Part shown: positions 18,744 to 20,000 of the stretch, piece after piece | Position numbering within the stretch: the first letter of the stretch is position 1 | Layout: each line of letters opens with the position of its first letter | From: an uncultured virus (IMG/VR IMGVR_UViG_3300008117_000028) | Taxonomy: Duplodnaviria > Heunggongvirae > Uroviricota > Caudoviricetes | Virus record (IMG/VR): IMGVR_UViG_3300008117_000028 | DNA: 20,000 nt | Strand: one strand, 5' to 3' | Notes under the pieces: generated by a model | What the model was told of the DNA's origin: nothing | Seen by the model: only the letters and a program-made list of their open reading frames with translations | Database searches by the model: none | Position numbers and translations under genes: made by a program

Positions 18744-18863
18744 TGAAAGATTTTCTTCTAGTTCTTCGTAGTTTTTCCAATTACCTAAAAGAAAAACCTC
18801 TCCTAATAATGCGGCTAAATCGAGTTCTGCCCAGCCAGAACCGCTGCCGCTAGAAGGTTTGGG
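18546..18863 (-). CDS. Tail assembly chaperone frameshifted (T-like) segment
   Basis: The -1 frame opens after a TGA two codons before the slip site and reads PKPSSGSGSGWAELDLAALLGEVFLLGNWKNYEELEENLSMPELIQTF...SLQGQFA with no stop. It is the same frame as the TMP. Confidence 0.7.
18811..18863 (-). other. Programmed -1 ribosomal frameshift signal
   Basis: Heptamer C CCA AAC (X XXY YYZ) at 18857..18863, in the chaperone frame. After a 6-nt spacer comes a stem-loop: GCGGC/GCCGC (18846..18850 with 18811..18815) and inner stem GTTCTG/CAGAAC (18836..18841 with 18824..18829). Confidence 0.85.
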
Positions 18864-19153
18864 TCGTCAAGTTTAATTCCACCACATACTTCTAGAATGC
18901 GATTAATGGTTGGCATATCTAGTGCATCTTCTAATTTATCTCTATCTGCTACCAATTCTGGTACTTGTGATTTAATTGCAATACCACATGCTGTAGTTAG
19001 AATTGTTAATGTTTCATCTTCTGTTTTTGAGTTTTCAGTTTTCTTTATTTCAAGCATGAACTCTCTTAGGGCTTTAATTGTTAAAGGCTTTAACTTAATT
19101 TTAGAGCCATTTTGTAGTTCAATTTCTTCTACATCGTATACTGTTGTAGCCAA
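18815..19153 (-). CDS. Tail assembly chaperone (lambda gpG-like)
   Basis: 112 aa; TTG start with GAGGAGG SD (19159..19165); located between tail tube and TMP; slippery site near the 3' end. Confidence 0.85.
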   Translation of the reverse strand: MATTVYDVEEIELQNGSKIKLKPLTIKALREFMLEIKKTENSKTEDETLTILTTACGIAIKSQVPELVADRDKLEDALDMPTINRILEVCGGIKLDDPNLLAAAVLAGQNSI

Positions 19154-19180
19154 TTTATCCTCCTCGGATTTGTCTTAATT

Positions 19181-19209
19181 ATTATAACATAATGGCATTA
19201 TCACTACAA
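19181..19209 (-). promoter_or_regulatory. Promoter for the chaperone-TMP operon
   Basis: TTGTAG (19204..19209) - 17 bp - TATAAT (19181..19186), with a TGn extension. Confidence 0.7.
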
Positions 19210-19237
19210 ATAGAAAAGCCCCCAAATTAATGGGGGC
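19208..19237 (-). terminator. Intrinsic terminator after the major tail gene
   Basis: Minus strand GCCCCCA-TTAATT-TGGGGGC followed by TTTTCTATTT. Confidence 0.85.
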
Positions 19238-19261
19238 CTCTACAATTTAAATTAATTAAAT

Positions 19262-19909
19262 TTATGCTACCAATACACGGTCAATAATCTTGCCGTATTC
19301 TGAGCCAGCAAGTGAGAATTGTGACTGTTGTACAGACAAAACTCGACGTGCATAGTATACACGCTCAGATGCAGTTGAATTTGCGGTTGGAGCTAATCCT
19401 ACTGCAATAAGTTGACGCTCTGTTGGAGATTCTCCAAGAGCACCTGCAACTAAACCTAATGTATCTTTCTTAGATGTTCCAGTTCCTGTTGTTGAAATTG
19501 ATGATGCCTGTTGTCCGAATACTGCTACGATGTTTTCTAGAGTACCTTCTGACATTTCTGTTGCGATCATAACTTCCATTGCAGACTTGAACAGCTTAGC
19601 TGTATCAAGCAACTGATCTACAGTTACTGAATCGTATGTTGGATTATAAGTAATTTGAAGACCGTTGTTAGTAAAACCAACGTTACGATATCCAAACTTA
19701 CCTGCTTCCTGATCTACTGCATTAAGTGTATCTGTGTAAGATACGCCTGTTGCAAAAGCTGGGACACCAACTGTTCCAGCACTTGAAGCAATTGCTACAC
19801 CTGCTTCTGCGTTTGCGATGTAATCTGAGTCGTTTACGTCAATTGTTGACAAGAACAACGGAGATGCACCAACGAGAATATTTTTAGCATTACCTACGGA
19901 TTGTGCCAT
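19262..19909 (-). CDS. Major tail (tube) protein
   Basis: 215 aa with AGGAGGT SD (19920..19926). Siphophage tube motifs 'NILVGA..LF', 'VGFTNNGLQITYNP......VDQ' and 'T.MSEGTLENI'. Followed by a terminator and the chaperone gene. Confidence 0.9.
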   Translation of the reverse strand: MAQSVGNAKNILVGASPLFLSTIDVNDSDYIANAEAGVAIASSAGTVGVPAFATGVSYTDTLNAVDQEAGKFGYRNVGFTNNGLQITYNPTYDSVTVDQLLDTAKLFKSAMEVMIATEMSEGTLENIVAVFGQQASSISTTGTGTSKKDTLGLVAGALGESPTERQLIAVGLAPTANSTASERVYYARRVLSVQQSQFSLAGSEYGKIIDRVLVA

Positions 19910-19929
19910 AGTATTTGTTACCTCCTGTG

Positions 19930-19957
19930 TTTTAAACTATATATATATATTTTAAAA
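19930..19957. repeat. AT-rich imperfect palindrome containing a (TA)6 tract
   Basis: TTTTAAA-C-TATATATATATAT-TTTAAAA, immediately upstream of the major tail SD. Confidence 0.6.
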
Positions 19958-20000
19958 ACCAAAGCTGGCTAGGCTTCTTTCCTCATAGCCTATAATACGG

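Noticed and set aside
1465..19178. Plus-strand ORFs from the track (e.g. 1465..1797, 4085..4408, 12538..12843, 15820..16101, 18897..19178) and nested minus ORFs 2409..2645 and 2649..2834
   Set aside because: They are shadows of longer, well-supported minus-strand genes and have no recognisable protein features.
1..20000. Alternative genetic code, introns/inteins, tRNAs or mobile elements
   Set aside because: Genes tile densely under the standard code using TAA, TAG and TGA stops. No intein termini, homing endonuclease, transposase or tRNA-like structure was recognised.

Overview
AT-rich phage DNA with all credible genes on the minus strand. It holds the tail-morphogenesis module of a long, non-contractile-tailed (siphovirus-like) phage whose gene order resembles large actinobacterial or freshwater phages (inference). 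In transcription order (right to left) the genes are: major tail tube protein, tail assembly chaperone with a -1 frameshift signal, a ~2,100-aa tape measure protein (TMP), a Dit-like protein, a baseplate hub apparently split over two ORFs, several minor tail/fibre proteins, an 816-aa putative receptor-binding protein, six small genes and the start of a probable metallophosphoesterase. Four observations stand out. (1) The 816-aa protein carries nine cysteine modules (38 Cys) on Thr/Ser/Tyr-rich stalks inside a lectin-like scaffold, and is followed by a separately promoted cassette that includes a 6-Cys protein. (2) The frameshifted chaperone frame has no stop and runs directly into the TMP. (3) The tail tube appears to lack its last beta-strand, and both this and the chaperone-TMP junction fall on TTGCT, suggesting microhomology deletions (real or assembly artefact). 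(4) The TMP has an unexplained 251-aa segment bracketed by GG motifs. Homology statements come from recalled family patterns, not from searches.
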